Shown here one piece after another: positions 53,472 through 62,485 of a stretch of 64,000 bases of DNA. The translations under genes were made by a program, and so were the position numbers. Every line of letters starts with the position of its first letter. Positions within the stretch are counted from its first letter, which is position 1. This DNA comes from a virus. The stretch lies in IMG/VR virus record IMGVR_UViG_3300027997_000002; one strand, given 5' to 3'. Under the pieces are notes generated by a model that was not told where the DNA came from, ran no database searches, and worked only from the letters and a program-made list of their open reading frames with translations.

Positions 53472-54022
53472 GACGACTCCGCATCCGCAATCCCCTCAAG
53501 GCGCTTCGGCGAAATCCGGACGGTCAACTCGGCCTCCTGCTCGGCCTCGTGGCCATAGGCGCGGGCGCATACTTCGTCACGCGCAAAAAGCCCAAGAAGG
53601 CCGCGGAGGACATTCCGACGCTGACGCCGTCGCCAGGGCCGTTGCCGGAGCCCCCGGAGCCGGAGCCAGACCCGAGCGAGTTGCCAAGTCTCGAGGGTTT
53701 CGGGAAGATTCAGGTCTTCCCGGCAGGCGCGACCGACTACCCGATCCCGACGGATCCCACCGACGTCGCGGTCACCGAGGACTGCACGGTCTTGACGGTC
53801 CCGGTCGCCTGGTGGGACACGACCGCGATCGCCATCTTCAACAGCCAATGGAACGAAGGTCGTCGCGACGCGGTCGAGATCGTCGACATGATTGCCAATA
53901 CCGAGATCGGCATGTGCGTCGGGTATGACACACCCGGCGTCAATGGATTCCTCGCTGCTTTGGCCGCATGGGTCGTGCAGCGCATCGATGAGCGGGTTGT
54001 ACCCACCACGCTACAGCAGTAA
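53468..54022 (+). CDS. NP-motif single-pass virion membrane protein
   Basis: RIRNPLKALRRNPDG + TM + Pro linker + TEDCTVL. Confidence 0.7.
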   Translation: MRRLRIRNPLKALRRNPDGQLGLLLGLVAIGAGAYFVTRKKPKKAAEDIPTLTPSPGPLPEPPEPEPDPSELPSLEGFGKIQVFPAGATDYPIPTDPTDVAVTEDCTVLTVPVAWWDTTAIAIFNSQWNEGRRDAVEIVDMIANTEIGMCVGYDTPGVNGFLAALAAWVVQRIDERVVPTTLQQ

Positions 54023-54031
54023 GGAGCAGAC

Positions 54032-54820
54032 ATGAGCACCATCTCCACCATGATCCAGGGTTTGGCCCCGAAAGGACGGCGCCGTATGAACCCCACCAAG
54101 CAGCAGGCCGCGCTTCTGATCGCAGGAGGGGCCGCCATCGCGGCGTTCTTCCTGTTTGGTCGCAAGGCCAAGGCTGCAGGCGCTGCACCTCCGCTCATCG
54201 ACGACGATGAGACCGTCGACCCCGGTGAGCCCGACCCAGTCCCCAAGCCCGGGCCCAAGCCGCCGTCGATCAAGATCGACGTCGTGTGGGGGGACATCCA
54301 AGAGTCCATGAAGGGCAGCGAGGCGTCCAACGCCAGGCTGGTCTTCGCGACCCGCCCGGCGTCCCATAAGGGCCACAAGCGCAAGGATGGTCAGAACCTC
54401 AGCTCGTGGCTGACCAATGTGGCGTTTTGGATCACCTACCCGAACACGTTGGAGTGGCCGGGCGGCGGGATCCCCAACAAGCAAAACGTCCGGAACGACC
54501 AGCACGCGGACCGACAGCAGTACGCCGACGCCTGGGTCCGGGTCAACCAGGTCATCATGGGCCGGTTCGCGAAGTACCGCGACAAGATCTTCTTCAGCGT
54601 CAACCCGAACGCCCGCGTGGTCTCGATCGGGAAGAACGCCTGGACATGGATCGATACCATCCTGGTAGGGCCCAACGGCGCGACCGCCAATGCTGGCAGC
54701 GTCCTTATCGGGGCCTGGGAGAGCGAGTACCCGAACAAGGCGACTCCTGCGACCACCGCATGGTTCAAGGCCAAGAAGAAGATGATCGACCGGGCCATCG
54801 AGAAGGGATGGCCGCTCTAG
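54032..54820 (+). CDS. NP-motif single-pass virion membrane protein
   Basis: RRRMNPT + TM + Pro linker; YPNTLEWP. Confidence 0.7.
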   Translation: MSTISTMIQGLAPKGRRRMNPTKQQAALLIAGGAAIAAFFLFGRKAKAAGAAPPLIDDDETVDPGEPDPVPKPGPKPPSIKIDVVWGDIQESMKGSEASNARLVFATRPASHKGHKRKDGQNLSSWLTNVAFWITYPNTLEWPGGGIPNKQNVRNDQHADRQQYADAWVRVNQVIMGRFAKYRDKIFFSVNPNARVVSIGKNAWTWIDTILVGPNGATANAGSVLIGAWESEYPNKATPATTAWFKAKKKMIDRAIEKGWPL

Positions 54821-55147
54821 GTGGCCAAGCGCAGCGCCATCGTCTGCTTCAAGGAGCTCGAGGACGGGTCGTTTCAGGTCGTCGATGCGACGGGTACGAC
54901 CAGGCGATGCGGGAAGGACCCGTTCTCGGTGTGGCGCTGCGTACAGGAGATCCTCGACGACGCGACGTTGCCGAGGGTCGTCGAGCAGAAGGGACGCGAC
55001 CCCAGGAACAAGACGCCGCGGCAGGACGAGGATGCGATCAGGAAGATCGCCGACGCTGCGCTGGGAGAGATGGGGCCCGTCGGCAAGGCCGCGGCCCCGT
55101 TCATCATTGGGAAGATCCACGGACTGCTCCGCAAGGTCTCGCACTAG
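54821..55147 (+). CDS. Hypothetical protein
   Basis: TAG-GTG junction. Confidence 0.55.
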   Translation: MAKRSAIVCFKELEDGSFQVVDATGTTRRCGKDPFSVWRCVQEILDDATLPRVVEQKGRDPRNKTPRQDEDAIRKIADAALGEMGPVGKAAAPFIIGKIHGLLRKVSH

Positions 55148-55876
55148 ATGGCCAAGATGTCGCCACCCACCACGCTCATGCTGATGACCCTCGGGGCCAT
55201 CGGGGTGGGGGCGATCTATCAGCTGACGTCCACCAAGGCTCCTCCTGGTCGAATAGTCGCGCCGCCGCGAGGCAAGCTGACCCAGCTTGAAGGCAAGAAG
55301 CTGCTGATGGACATCGTGTCGAAGACGCCGGCCGACGCGGCGTGGTTCGAGTTCCTGGTCGCGCGGGCCTATCGGGAGTCCCGATGGTTCCCGACCGCAC
55401 ACAACGACGATCCCAGGGAGGTCGCCGCGAGCTCGCGAGCCTACGAGCGCAACCTGGAGCGCTACGTGGGCTGCCCGTGGGCCCCGTCGCGCTACAAGCT
55501 CGGCAGCGGCGGTTACCTTGGGATCATCCCGCCGAACGGTCTTGCTGCGTTTTGGGGCACGAAGTACGAGTGCATGGACCCGCGCATGGTCTTCGACCCC
55601 ATTGCCAACGTCGTCATGGGCCTGTTCTACGGCAAGCGCCTGATGGGGTGGTCCAACTTCAAGAAGAAGCCCACGTTCTTGAACCTGTGGTCGGGCTGGG
55701 GCAACCCATCGCGGATGGGCGAGGCCGAGCGCCTGGCCAACGTGCGGCCCTTCTTCGCAGACGCGCTCCAAAAGTCCGCGGAAGATCCCTCGCTCATCGA
55801 CGAGATCGTTCCATCCATCCCACTCCCGTCAAACGGAGCTGTTCTCTACGACCAGTTGCAGCAGTTGGTGGCGTGA
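55148..55876 (+). CDS. Membrane-anchored lysozyme-like (SLT-type) transglycosylase
   Basis: TM; AYRESRW (catalytic Glu), GGYLGII, FDPIANVVMG. Confidence 0.65.
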   Translation: MAKMSPPTTLMLMTLGAIGVGAIYQLTSTKAPPGRIVAPPRGKLTQLEGKKLLMDIVSKTPADAAWFEFLVARAYRESRWFPTAHNDDPREVAASSRAYERNLERYVGCPWAPSRYKLGSGGYLGIIPPNGLAAFWGTKYECMDPRMVFDPIANVVMGLFYGKRLMGWSNFKKKPTFLNLWSGWGNPSRMGEAERLANVRPFFADALQKSAEDPSLIDEIVPSIPLPSNGAVLYDQLQQLVA

Positions 55877-56784
55877 AGAAGATGCTCGCAGCAGCCCTCA
55901 CCCTTTGCTCTGCCGGATGCCCCGAGGCGCCGCAGAGCCAGGAGGGAAGTGTGCCCGTCTATCAGCTCGCGCTCCAGGTCGAAAAAAGGCGCGAGCCGAA
56001 GCCCGCGCCGATCGCTACTGGTATCACCGCGGACCCAGTTGCCAGTACTGTGACCCCTGACCCTACCACGGACTGGTCGACGGCGTGCATGGACCACACG
56101 AAGTCCCGGCCACGATTCCGCCGCAAGGAGCAGCGGCGCACCAAGCAGCTCCTACGCCACTTCCAACGCACGGTCGGCGCGAGCTCGGACATGTTCAAGC
56201 TCACGGCCTTGGCGGCCATGCGTGAGACGAGCATGCAGGGCTCGCAGTCGCGCTTCGACGGCCAGGGCGTCATCCATCGGCTCAACCCGGACGTCGAAGG
56301 TGCGTATCGGGCCTGGCGACGACTGGCCAAGCGCTACGCCGACAACCCGCACTATGACGACGTCGAGCTTTGGTACGGAGGCGCTGGCGTGTTCGGCATG
56401 AACCGCGCGCTTTGGCTCTCGGTGTTCGACAAGACTGCGAATCCCGCCGTCCTTTGCGACACGGTCGTCGACCTGGTCGTGCTCTACCGCGCGGCCTACT
56501 ACAAGCTCCGCAAGCTTCGCGGTCCGATCCGATGCAAGGGCGAGATGGTACGCGTGCGACCGACTTGGCGAAACCTGCACCGGGCGCTGTTCGCCGGGAA
56601 GCTTTGCCCGGCCAACGGTCCCAACGCCGAGTACTACCAGCGGGCCTTCGGTCGACGGGCAGCCCGCGTGGGGCTCGACCCCGACGCCGAGGTCGGTTTC
56701 AAGGACATCGGAAAGTCGCCGGGGGGCATGACTCGCTACGAGTTGGTCGACCATGTCTGGGAGACCTTTGAGGAGGCCGCATGA
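55873..56784 (+). CDS. Lipoprotein with lysozyme-like domain
   Basis: Lipobox-like LCSAGC; AMRETS (Glu), GAGVFGMN. Confidence 0.55.
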   Translation: MKKMLAAALTLCSAGCPEAPQSQEGSVPVYQLALQVEKRREPKPAPIATGITADPVASTVTPDPTTDWSTACMDHTKSRPRFRRKEQRRTKQLLRHFQRTVGASSDMFKLTALAAMRETSMQGSQSRFDGQGVIHRLNPDVEGAYRAWRRLAKRYADNPHYDDVELWYGGAGVFGMNRALWLSVFDKTANPAVLCDTVVDLVVLYRAAYYKLRKLRGPIRCKGEMVRVRPTWRNLHRALFAGKLCPANGPNAEYYQRAFGRRAARVGLDPDAEVGFKDIGKSPGGMTRYELVDHVWETFEEAA

Positions 56785-57170
56785 AACGCGAGACGCGAAT
56801 CCTGGGATACCTGGCCGCCGCAGCTGCGGGTGCCTTCTTTCTCCTTCGCAAGAAGAAGCCCGCGCCGGCGGTAACCGAGGATCTGGAGGAGGAGGTTCCG
56901 GATCCAGAAAAGGAACCAGGTGTCCACGGCAGCTATCGCAAATGGTTCTTCTCACTCCGTGAGCATCAGGTGGGCGAGTTCGCCGCCTGGGGCGTCTGGG
57001 TCGCCGACGTCCGGGCCCCTGCTCCCAACCCGTTCCTCTACCTGGCGACCGAGTCGATCCCCGAGGCGTGGTTTGTCGACAACGCCGGTACGGAGGGGGA
57101 GGCTAAGGACATCATGAAGGCGCACGTCGAAGCCCTACCTGTCGGGCTCAAGGAGGACATCCAGCCGTGA
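56781..57170 (+). CDS. Single-pass protein with beta3-alpha module
   Basis: TM + RKKK; ...AGTEGEAKDIMKAHVE. Confidence 0.65.
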   Translation: MKRETRILGYLAAAAAGAFFLLRKKKPAPAVTEDLEEEVPDPEKEPGVHGSYRKWFFSLREHQVGEFAAWGVWVADVRAPAPNPFLYLATESIPEAWFVDNAGTEGEAKDIMKAHVEALPVGLKEDIQP

Positions 57171-57370
57171 AGAAGCCCCCCATCGACCCCACGATCGCGA
57201 CCCTAGTCGGCGCGCTCTTCGGCGGCCTGGGAGTGTTCGGCGTGTTCACCCAGCTTGAGCTCGACGCGGACCAGGTCGCCATGCTGACCGGCTTCGCCGG
57301 CGCTGCGCTCACGGCAATCCGGACCCTTTGGCTGCGGCGAGCCTACAAGGCGGAGGGAGATGGTGGCTGA
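57167..57370 (+). CDS. Holin candidate (two TM, 67 aa)
   Basis: Two TMs, basic C-terminus, next to hydrolases. Confidence 0.5.
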   Translation: MKKPPIDPTIATLVGALFGGLGVFGVFTQLELDADQVAMLTGFAGAALTAIRTLWLRRAYKAEGDGG

Positions 57371-57872
57371 GAATGGCGATGCAGCAGTCACCCAGGAAGT
57401 TGGGATTGACGAGTTTCGCACTGCCACCCGCGAGCTTGGCAAGGCCGGCACCGCCATGCAGACGATCGCTGATGTCATGGCGAAGGAGGCCGAGGCCAAC
57501 GGAGACCGATCGTGGCTCGCCAAGAACCCAGGGGTCTTCATCACCGTCGTCGTCACCGTTTGCAGCGTGCTCATCGTGGGGTTCCAGTACTACTTCCAAA
57601 ACGAGCTCGAGCGCGGCCAGCGGGACTTCTACGAGACCAAGACCGCCCCCAAGGTCGAGGACATCGAGACCACCATCGAGATCCGTGGCCGCGAGGCCGC
57701 CCAAGAGCACGTCGACATCAACAAGCGAATCGACGCCGTCGGCGACCTCCAGATCGAACAGGGCAAAGACCACCGCAAGATCCTCAAGGACCTCGCGGAG
57801 AAGCAACGCATCCCAGTGGCAGGTAAGACCGAGGACCTCAAGGCCGCTGAGAGCAAGGTGATGGAAAAATGA
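57360..57872 (+). CDS. Single-pass coiled-coil protein
   Basis: WLAKNPG + TM + heptads. Confidence 0.6.
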   Translation: MVAENGDAAVTQEVGIDEFRTATRELGKAGTAMQTIADVMAKEAEANGDRSWLAKNPGVFITVVVTVCSVLIVGFQYYFQNELERGQRDFYETKTAPKVEDIETTIEIRGREAAQEHVDINKRIDAVGDLQIEQGKDHRKILKDLAEKQRIPVAGKTEDLKAAESKVMEK

Positions 57873-58762
57873 CCCCGATCGGAACCCACCTACGCAAACT
57901 TCGACGAAACCCCGTCGACCCAGCCTCGCTGCTGTTCATCGGGGGCGCTGCTTTCGTCCTATGGCTCATCGGTGGCAAGAAGAAGAAGCGGCGTCCGCCT
58001 GGCGTCATCACCGGCCCATGCGTACCGCCGAACTGCAAGATCCCACCGCCCAGCACGGGGCCGAGCGATCCGTTACCGCCGGGCTCAGGCGGCGGACACC
58101 TCCCCAAGGGCGGCGGCTATCGACCCCCGCCCGGCATGAAGACCAACGAGGTCTGGGTCTCGGATGACTGCCAGGCGTTCATCTACGGCAGCGAGTGGTT
58201 CCCGGTCGCAGGTGACAAGGACGCCTACCAGTGGTTCGTGGACTTCGTCCAGCGCGGTGATCCGGACTGGGGAGACTGGTGGAGCGAGTACTTCCAAAAG
58301 CGTGCGCTGGAGGAGGGTCTCGAGGGCACCGAGTTCGTCAAGGGTCTCAAGCTGTGGACCTGGCACGTCGAACCGGGCGACGCGATCTCGGGCTTCTTCC
58401 CCGGTCGCTTCGCGAGTTGGCCATCGGAGCCCGCTCCCAATATCCCACAGACGATACCGGAGCCCACCTTCGCGTTCGCCGAGGAGGTCCTCGCCGAGCT
58501 CGCGCCGCAGTGCGCCCCGCCGAGATGGCAGGACTACGAGGACTCGGACGAGTGGATTGCGGACTACACGGCCTGGCGACGCCAGTTCCCGCGCATGGCC
58601 CTGCTCTTCGACCAGGCGATGGCCCTCGGCGCCGAGGGTCCGCTACCGGTCGGTCAAAACCTCAGCCTTGCAACCAACGAGACGTACGAAGGCGTACGCA
58701 ACATGTGGAATGCCCACATCGATCAGGTGGGCGCTACCAAGGGTCACATCGAGATCGTGTAG
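57869..58762 (+). CDS. NP-motif single-pass virion membrane protein
   Basis: RKLRRNPVD + TM + KKKKRR + Pro linker + VSDDCQAF; LAPQCAPP. Confidence 0.7.
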   Translation: MTPIGTHLRKLRRNPVDPASLLFIGGAAFVLWLIGGKKKKRRPPGVITGPCVPPNCKIPPPSTGPSDPLPPGSGGGHLPKGGGYRPPPGMKTNEVWVSDDCQAFIYGSEWFPVAGDKDAYQWFVDFVQRGDPDWGDWWSEYFQKRALEEGLEGTEFVKGLKLWTWHVEPGDAISGFFPGRFASWPSEPAPNIPQTIPEPTFAFAEEVLAELAPQCAPPRWQDYEDSDEWIADYTAWRRQFPRMALLFDQAMALGAEGPLPVGQNLSLATNETYEGVRNMWNAHIDQVGATKGHIEIV

Positions 58763-58774
58763 GAGACCAACGAC

Positions 58775-59158
58775 ATGAAAGCCATCAATCTTCGTCGCCT
58801 CAACAAGAACCCCGACGGTCGCCTCTACGCGCTCGCGCTCCTGGCCGCTGCCGGTGCCGGGGTCTACTACTTCACCCGCAAGAAGAAGGTGACACCACCA
58901 GGGGTCCCGGCCGACGAAAAGCTCCCAGACAAGGGGCCCCAAACGGGCGAAAGGGTCACGGTCGACAGCGCCGGAGTGGGCGAGTTCTGCAACTGGGTCC
59001 TCTACCAGCAGGGCAACATGTTCGGCTTCGATGCCATCACCACCGCCGGCGAGGTCCCCGAGCCCTTCAACTCGGGGCCGATCTATCCGTCCGAGCAGGT
59101 GGCACGCGAGGCCGTCGCCAAGCACGTCGCCGACTGGACGGCGGATGGGAAGTGCTGA
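58775..59158 (+). CDS. NP-motif single-pass protein with beta3-alpha module
   Basis: RRLNKNPDG + TM + RKKK; YPSEQVAREAVAKHV. Confidence 0.7.
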   Translation: MKAINLRRLNKNPDGRLYALALLAAAGAGVYYFTRKKKVTPPGVPADEKLPDKGPQTGERVTVDSAGVGEFCNWVLYQQGNMFGFDAITTAGEVPEPFNSGPIYPSEQVAREAVAKHVADWTADGKC

Positions 59159-59162
59159 TCGA

Positions 59163-59549
59163 GTGAACCGACTGCGCCAGCTCGTCTCTGCCGCGTTCCT
59201 GACGTTCACCGTCGGTTTCTTCATCTGTGGTTGCAAGCCCACGGTCCCAGGTGCGCTCGACGGCGCCAACAAGGCCCTCGTCGGGGTCGACATCGCGCTC
59301 GAAGAGGCAGCGAAGGCGTGGGCCGCTGCCGTCGACGCGAAGATCGCCCTGTGTCGGGCCAAGAACCTGCCGACACCGAAGGCTCGGGAGGACTGCCTGG
59401 GCATCTTCGCCCGCGGCAAGGAGGTCGAGCCCCAACTCGAGCTCGCGTCCAAGTCGTACGACCAGATCGTCGAGGGCCTGCGCCAGCTCGCGGAGGCCTA
59501 CGGTGCGCTGCGGCCTTACATCGAGGCTGCGAAGGAGGCCAAGCAGTGA
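59163..59549 (+). CDS. Helical lipoprotein (spanin-like?)
   Basis: Signal ending FICGC; amphipathic helices. Confidence 0.55.
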   Translation: MNRLRQLVSAAFLTFTVGFFICGCKPTVPGALDGANKALVGVDIALEEAAKAWAAAVDAKIALCRAKNLPTPKAREDCLGIFARGKEVEPQLELASKSYDQIVEGLRQLAEAYGALRPYIEAAKEAKQ

Positions 59550-59752
59550 GCACATTCATGCAGGTGTGGAAGAACCGGGGCGTGCTGCTTGAGCTGCTCG
59601 ACATCCTCAAGAAGCTCGCCGCGGGCGCGAAGACCATCGCCGAGATGCGTAATCGCATCGCCCAGGGCGCCCACCGAGGGGACCTCGACGACGTGCTAAA
59701 ACGGTTTGCCAGCGCCAACGAAAGGGCGCGAGACTTCGTCAACAACGGCTGA
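59546..59752 (+). CDS. Small helical protein
   Basis: GTGA overlap, RBS AAGGAGG. Confidence 0.55.
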   Translation: MSTFMQVWKNRGVLLELLDILKKLAAGAKTIAEMRNRIAQGAHRGDLDDVLKRFASANERARDFVNNG

Positions 59753-59764
59753 AAGGAAAAAGCA

Positions 59765-59983
59765 ATGAACCTCCCTTGCGCCTGTAAACAAGGACACCCC
59801 GGTCACAACCCGCAGCACCAGCAGCCCCAGGGCCGCGTCGGGCGCCACAGGGCCGGCCCGAAGAACGCGGGTCCCCCCGGCGTTGTGCCCAGGTGCCCGG
59901 TCGGCCAGACCCGCGGCGCCGACGGTCGGTGCCGTCCAGCGCCATCAATGGCGAACCCTGGCACCCCCCGTTCGAGGTACTAG
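59765..59983 (+). CDS. Small basic Cys peptide
   Basis: CAC; CPVGQTRGADGRC; MANPG. Confidence 0.5.
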   Translation: MNLPCACKQGHPGHNPQHQQPQGRVGRHRAGPKNAGPPGVVPRCPVGQTRGADGRCRPAPSMANPGTPRSRY

Positions 59984-59986
59984 ACC

Positions 59987-60394
59987 ATGGCCAAAGAAAG
60001 CCGCCTCAGGTGGATCGCTGAGATCGCAGCCGCCAGCGTGATCGGTGCGCTGGCGGTCCGGGCCATGGACAAGTACTTCTCCAAGAAGACCGAGCAACAG
60101 GCGCTGCCCGCCGAGCCTCAGCAAAACCCAGCGATGGTCGCCGGTCAGCAGCCAACGCAGCAGTTCCTGGTCGCGCCGCCGGTTCCACCGCCGGTGCCCA
60201 TGCCGGTACCGTTCCCGGTCTACACCCAGGCTCCGCAAATGATGCAACCTCAGCAACCAAACTTCCCGCAAGTTCCCCAGTTCCCGCGGCTCAACCCGGA
60301 GGAGGAGGAGCCCGAGCTCGAAGAGGTCGTCGAGGAGATCGACCCCGTCGACGAGATCGAGCGGGAGTGGGAGGAGAATGGCTGGGACGCATAA
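59987..60394 (+). CDS. TM + Pro/Gln-rich + acidic tail protein
   Basis: Low-complexity PQ tract, EEEE tail. Confidence 0.6.
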   Translation: MAKESRLRWIAEIAAASVIGALAVRAMDKYFSKKTEQQALPAEPQQNPAMVAGQQPTQQFLVAPPVPPPVPMPVPFPVYTQAPQMMQPQQPNFPQVPQFPRLNPEEEEPELEEVVEEIDPVDEIEREWEENGWDA

Positions 60395-61091
60395 CCCCAC
60401 CGGCTACGTCGCCTCCACGCGCGAGATGGACCTCGACGACGCGCCGCGCTACCTGAACGACGCGGGCAAGCTCGTATGGCTCAACGCCTACGAGTCCGCC
60501 GAGCGGGCCTACGGCGATCTGCGGTGGGCGAAGCCGCACGACGTGGCCGACTACGTGGCCTCGGGGTGGCGCAACATGCCCGCGGCTGGGAAGGGCAAGG
60601 TCGAGCTCCCGTGGCAAGGGGCGACCACCTACCTCGGGACCATGCTCGAGGTCCACTATGCGCTCACCGAGGGCCAGGTGTTCGTGCAGAGCTTCGGCCG
60701 TAGCCCGCCGGCGCTTTTGTGGAGCGCATCGCAAAAGGAGGACCGCGCGGGCGGCTCGGTCTACGCCTACCCGGGCCTCAAGATCCCGACGCCGAGCCTC
60801 AACGCCTACGAGGCCCCAAAGGCGGCGCGGGTCTACACCCAGTGGCGCGACGGCAACGAGCGACCCCGAGGAGCGAGTGAGGTCGACTTCCCGGTGCCGA
60901 ACGTGAGCGCGGCCAAGCCCGCCATTGCGGTCGTGTACCGATCCGACAAGTTCTCGCCCGGCAAGAAGATCGACTACATCCACCACTTCGACAAGGGCGT
61001 GCGCGTACGACTGGGTCCGGGCAAGATTCCGAACGCTGTGTACATCACGGGCGGTCGGCTGCGGCTGACCGAGAGGGGACTCGAGCGCTGA
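60378..61091 (+). CDS. Putative virion core protein
   Basis: THNP start; C-terminal VVYRSDKF...YIHHF...ITGGRLRLTERG. Confidence 0.65.
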   Translation: MAGTHNPTGYVASTREMDLDDAPRYLNDAGKLVWLNAYESAERAYGDLRWAKPHDVADYVASGWRNMPAAGKGKVELPWQGATTYLGTMLEVHYALTEGQVFVQSFGRSPPALLWSASQKEDRAGGSVYAYPGLKIPTPSLNAYEAPKAARVYTQWRDGNERPRGASEVDFPVPNVSAAKPAIAVVYRSDKFSPGKKIDYIHHFDKGVRVRLGPGKIPNAVYITGGRLRLTERGLER

Positions 61092-61783
61092 TGGCCAAGA
61101 AAACAACACTCTCAGCTGCCCAGCGAGCCGCCCTGGCGAAGGGCCGTGCCAAGCTGGCCAAGAGAGGCAAGAAGAAAGCGTCCAAGGAAGGGCCACGGAC
61201 GGCCCTGAAGGACGTCCGATACCGCGGCTACACCATTTTCCCTATCGTCGGCACGACCAGCCCGGGACGTCGCTTCTACGAGGCTGACATTACCAAAGGC
61301 AACACGAGCGTGGACTTCGTGACCGGCTCAACTCGGGCGATCGTGCTTCGCCGAGCTCGTCGCACGATCGACAAATACTTCATCAAAGGCGTTCCTCATC
61401 GGAAGGTCAAGCGAGGGAAGAAAAAGGTCGTCAAAGTCTCCTACGCAACGCGAGCTCGGCTTCTCAAGGCGCGCGGGGGCAAGAAGAACCGCCGTGCCAG
61501 GACGGCCCACCTGGGTGCGGCGGTCGCAACGGCAGTGGCGAACCCGAGCACTCCACGGCGCGCCAAGAAGAAGGGCAAGAAGAACCGATCGGCTCGTCTG
61601 GGCGCAGCAGCCAAGCCGTCGCGCGCGAGACGGCAGCGACCCGGGGAAGGGTTCGCTTACCTGGTCCAGGTCCAGGACTCCAACTCGAAGAAGAGGACCC
61701 GTAAAAATCCCGAGGTCGATACCGGCACCGCAAGCCCAGCTCGCGCGAAGCAGATCGCGGCGGCGTTCCTCAGGAGCGTATGA
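61091..61783 (+). CDS. Highly basic DNA-condensing/core protein with NP motifs
   Basis: LSAAQRAALAKGRAK, K/R-rich, VANP and RKNP, ends IAAAFLRSV. Confidence 0.7.
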   Translation: MAKKTTLSAAQRAALAKGRAKLAKRGKKKASKEGPRTALKDVRYRGYTIFPIVGTTSPGRRFYEADITKGNTSVDFVTGSTRAIVLRRARRTIDKYFIKGVPHRKVKRGKKKVVKVSYATRARLLKARGGKKNRRARTAHLGAAVATAVANPSTPRRAKKKGKKNRSARLGAAAKPSRARRQRPGEGFAYLVQVQDSNSKKRTRKNPEVDTGTASPARAKQIAAAFLRSV

Positions 61784-62485
61784 ATGCCCCAGAAGAAGAA
61801 GAAGCGCCATAGCTATTCGGCCGAGATCTTCTACAGGCGAAAGCGCAGCAAGCCGGGAAAGTTCATCGCGAAGATGTCCCGCGACGCACGCGAGGCCGGG
61901 AAACCGTTCCGAGCGCCGCATCAAACGGTTTCGCGCAGGGGGATGTACGGTCCGCCATTCCACGGTGAGGTTGGGAAGGCGGACGGTGGCATCTTACTCC
62001 TCGACGACCTTCAGGACTGGTCACCCGTAGTCCTCAGGGGCATCCGCGAGTTCATCGAGGACAACGGCCTGACTGTGCGGATTGTTGCGATCGTCGACCT
62101 GGATGCCACCGATGAGATGACCGGCAAGACTAGGACGAACACCCAAGAGAGGCTCAAGAAGATCGAGAAGATCTTCTGGCCCTCATTGGGGCCACCGGAG
62201 GAGGAGAAGACCGCCGCCCCCAAGAAGAAGAAGGTCCCGGTGCTCCCCTGGCCCCGCCGCAGCACGGTCGACATCGAGCGACTCCCGGGCCGCAAGTTCG
62301 GCTCCTGCCTGCGATGTGCAATCTGCATCGCCTACGATGTCAATCGAGGCTGCTGCACCGTATGCGGTCGACCGCTCTCGGCCAACGCCAAGAAGAAGTC
62401 CAAGAACCCGGCCAAGCATAACCCCAAGCACAAGCTCGCGCGCCAGCGCCGTATTGCAAGCTCGTTCCTGCGCAGCATTCGATGA
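61784..62485 (+). CDS. Basic protein containing a ComM/YifB-like AAA+ fragment, Cys cluster and NP motifs
   Basis: PFRAPHQTVS...GEVGKADGGILLLDDL...LRGIREFIEDNG; no Walker A; ends IASSFLRSIR. Confidence 0.7.
   Translation: MPQKKKKRHSYSAEIFYRRKRSKPGKFIAKMSRDAREAGKPFRAPHQTVSRRGMYGPPFHGEVGKADGGILLLDDLQDWSPVVLRGIREFIEDNGLTVRIVAIVDLDATDEMTGKTRTNTQERLKKIEKIFWPSLGPPEEEKTAAPKKKKVPVLPWPRRSTVDIERLPGRKFGSCLRCAICIAYDVNRGCCTVCGRPLSANAKKKSKNPAKHNPKHKLARQRRIASSFLRSIR

Noticed and set aside
19061-60960. Scattered TCTCGCCC copies (for example 19061, 49540, near 60953, and reverse at 5154)
   Set aside because: Inside coding sequence and at about the chance frequency for a GC-rich octamer.
61850-61870. Walker A in 61784-62485 (RSKPGKF)
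   Set aside because: Does not fit GxxxxGK[ST]; the protein is treated as P-loop-less.
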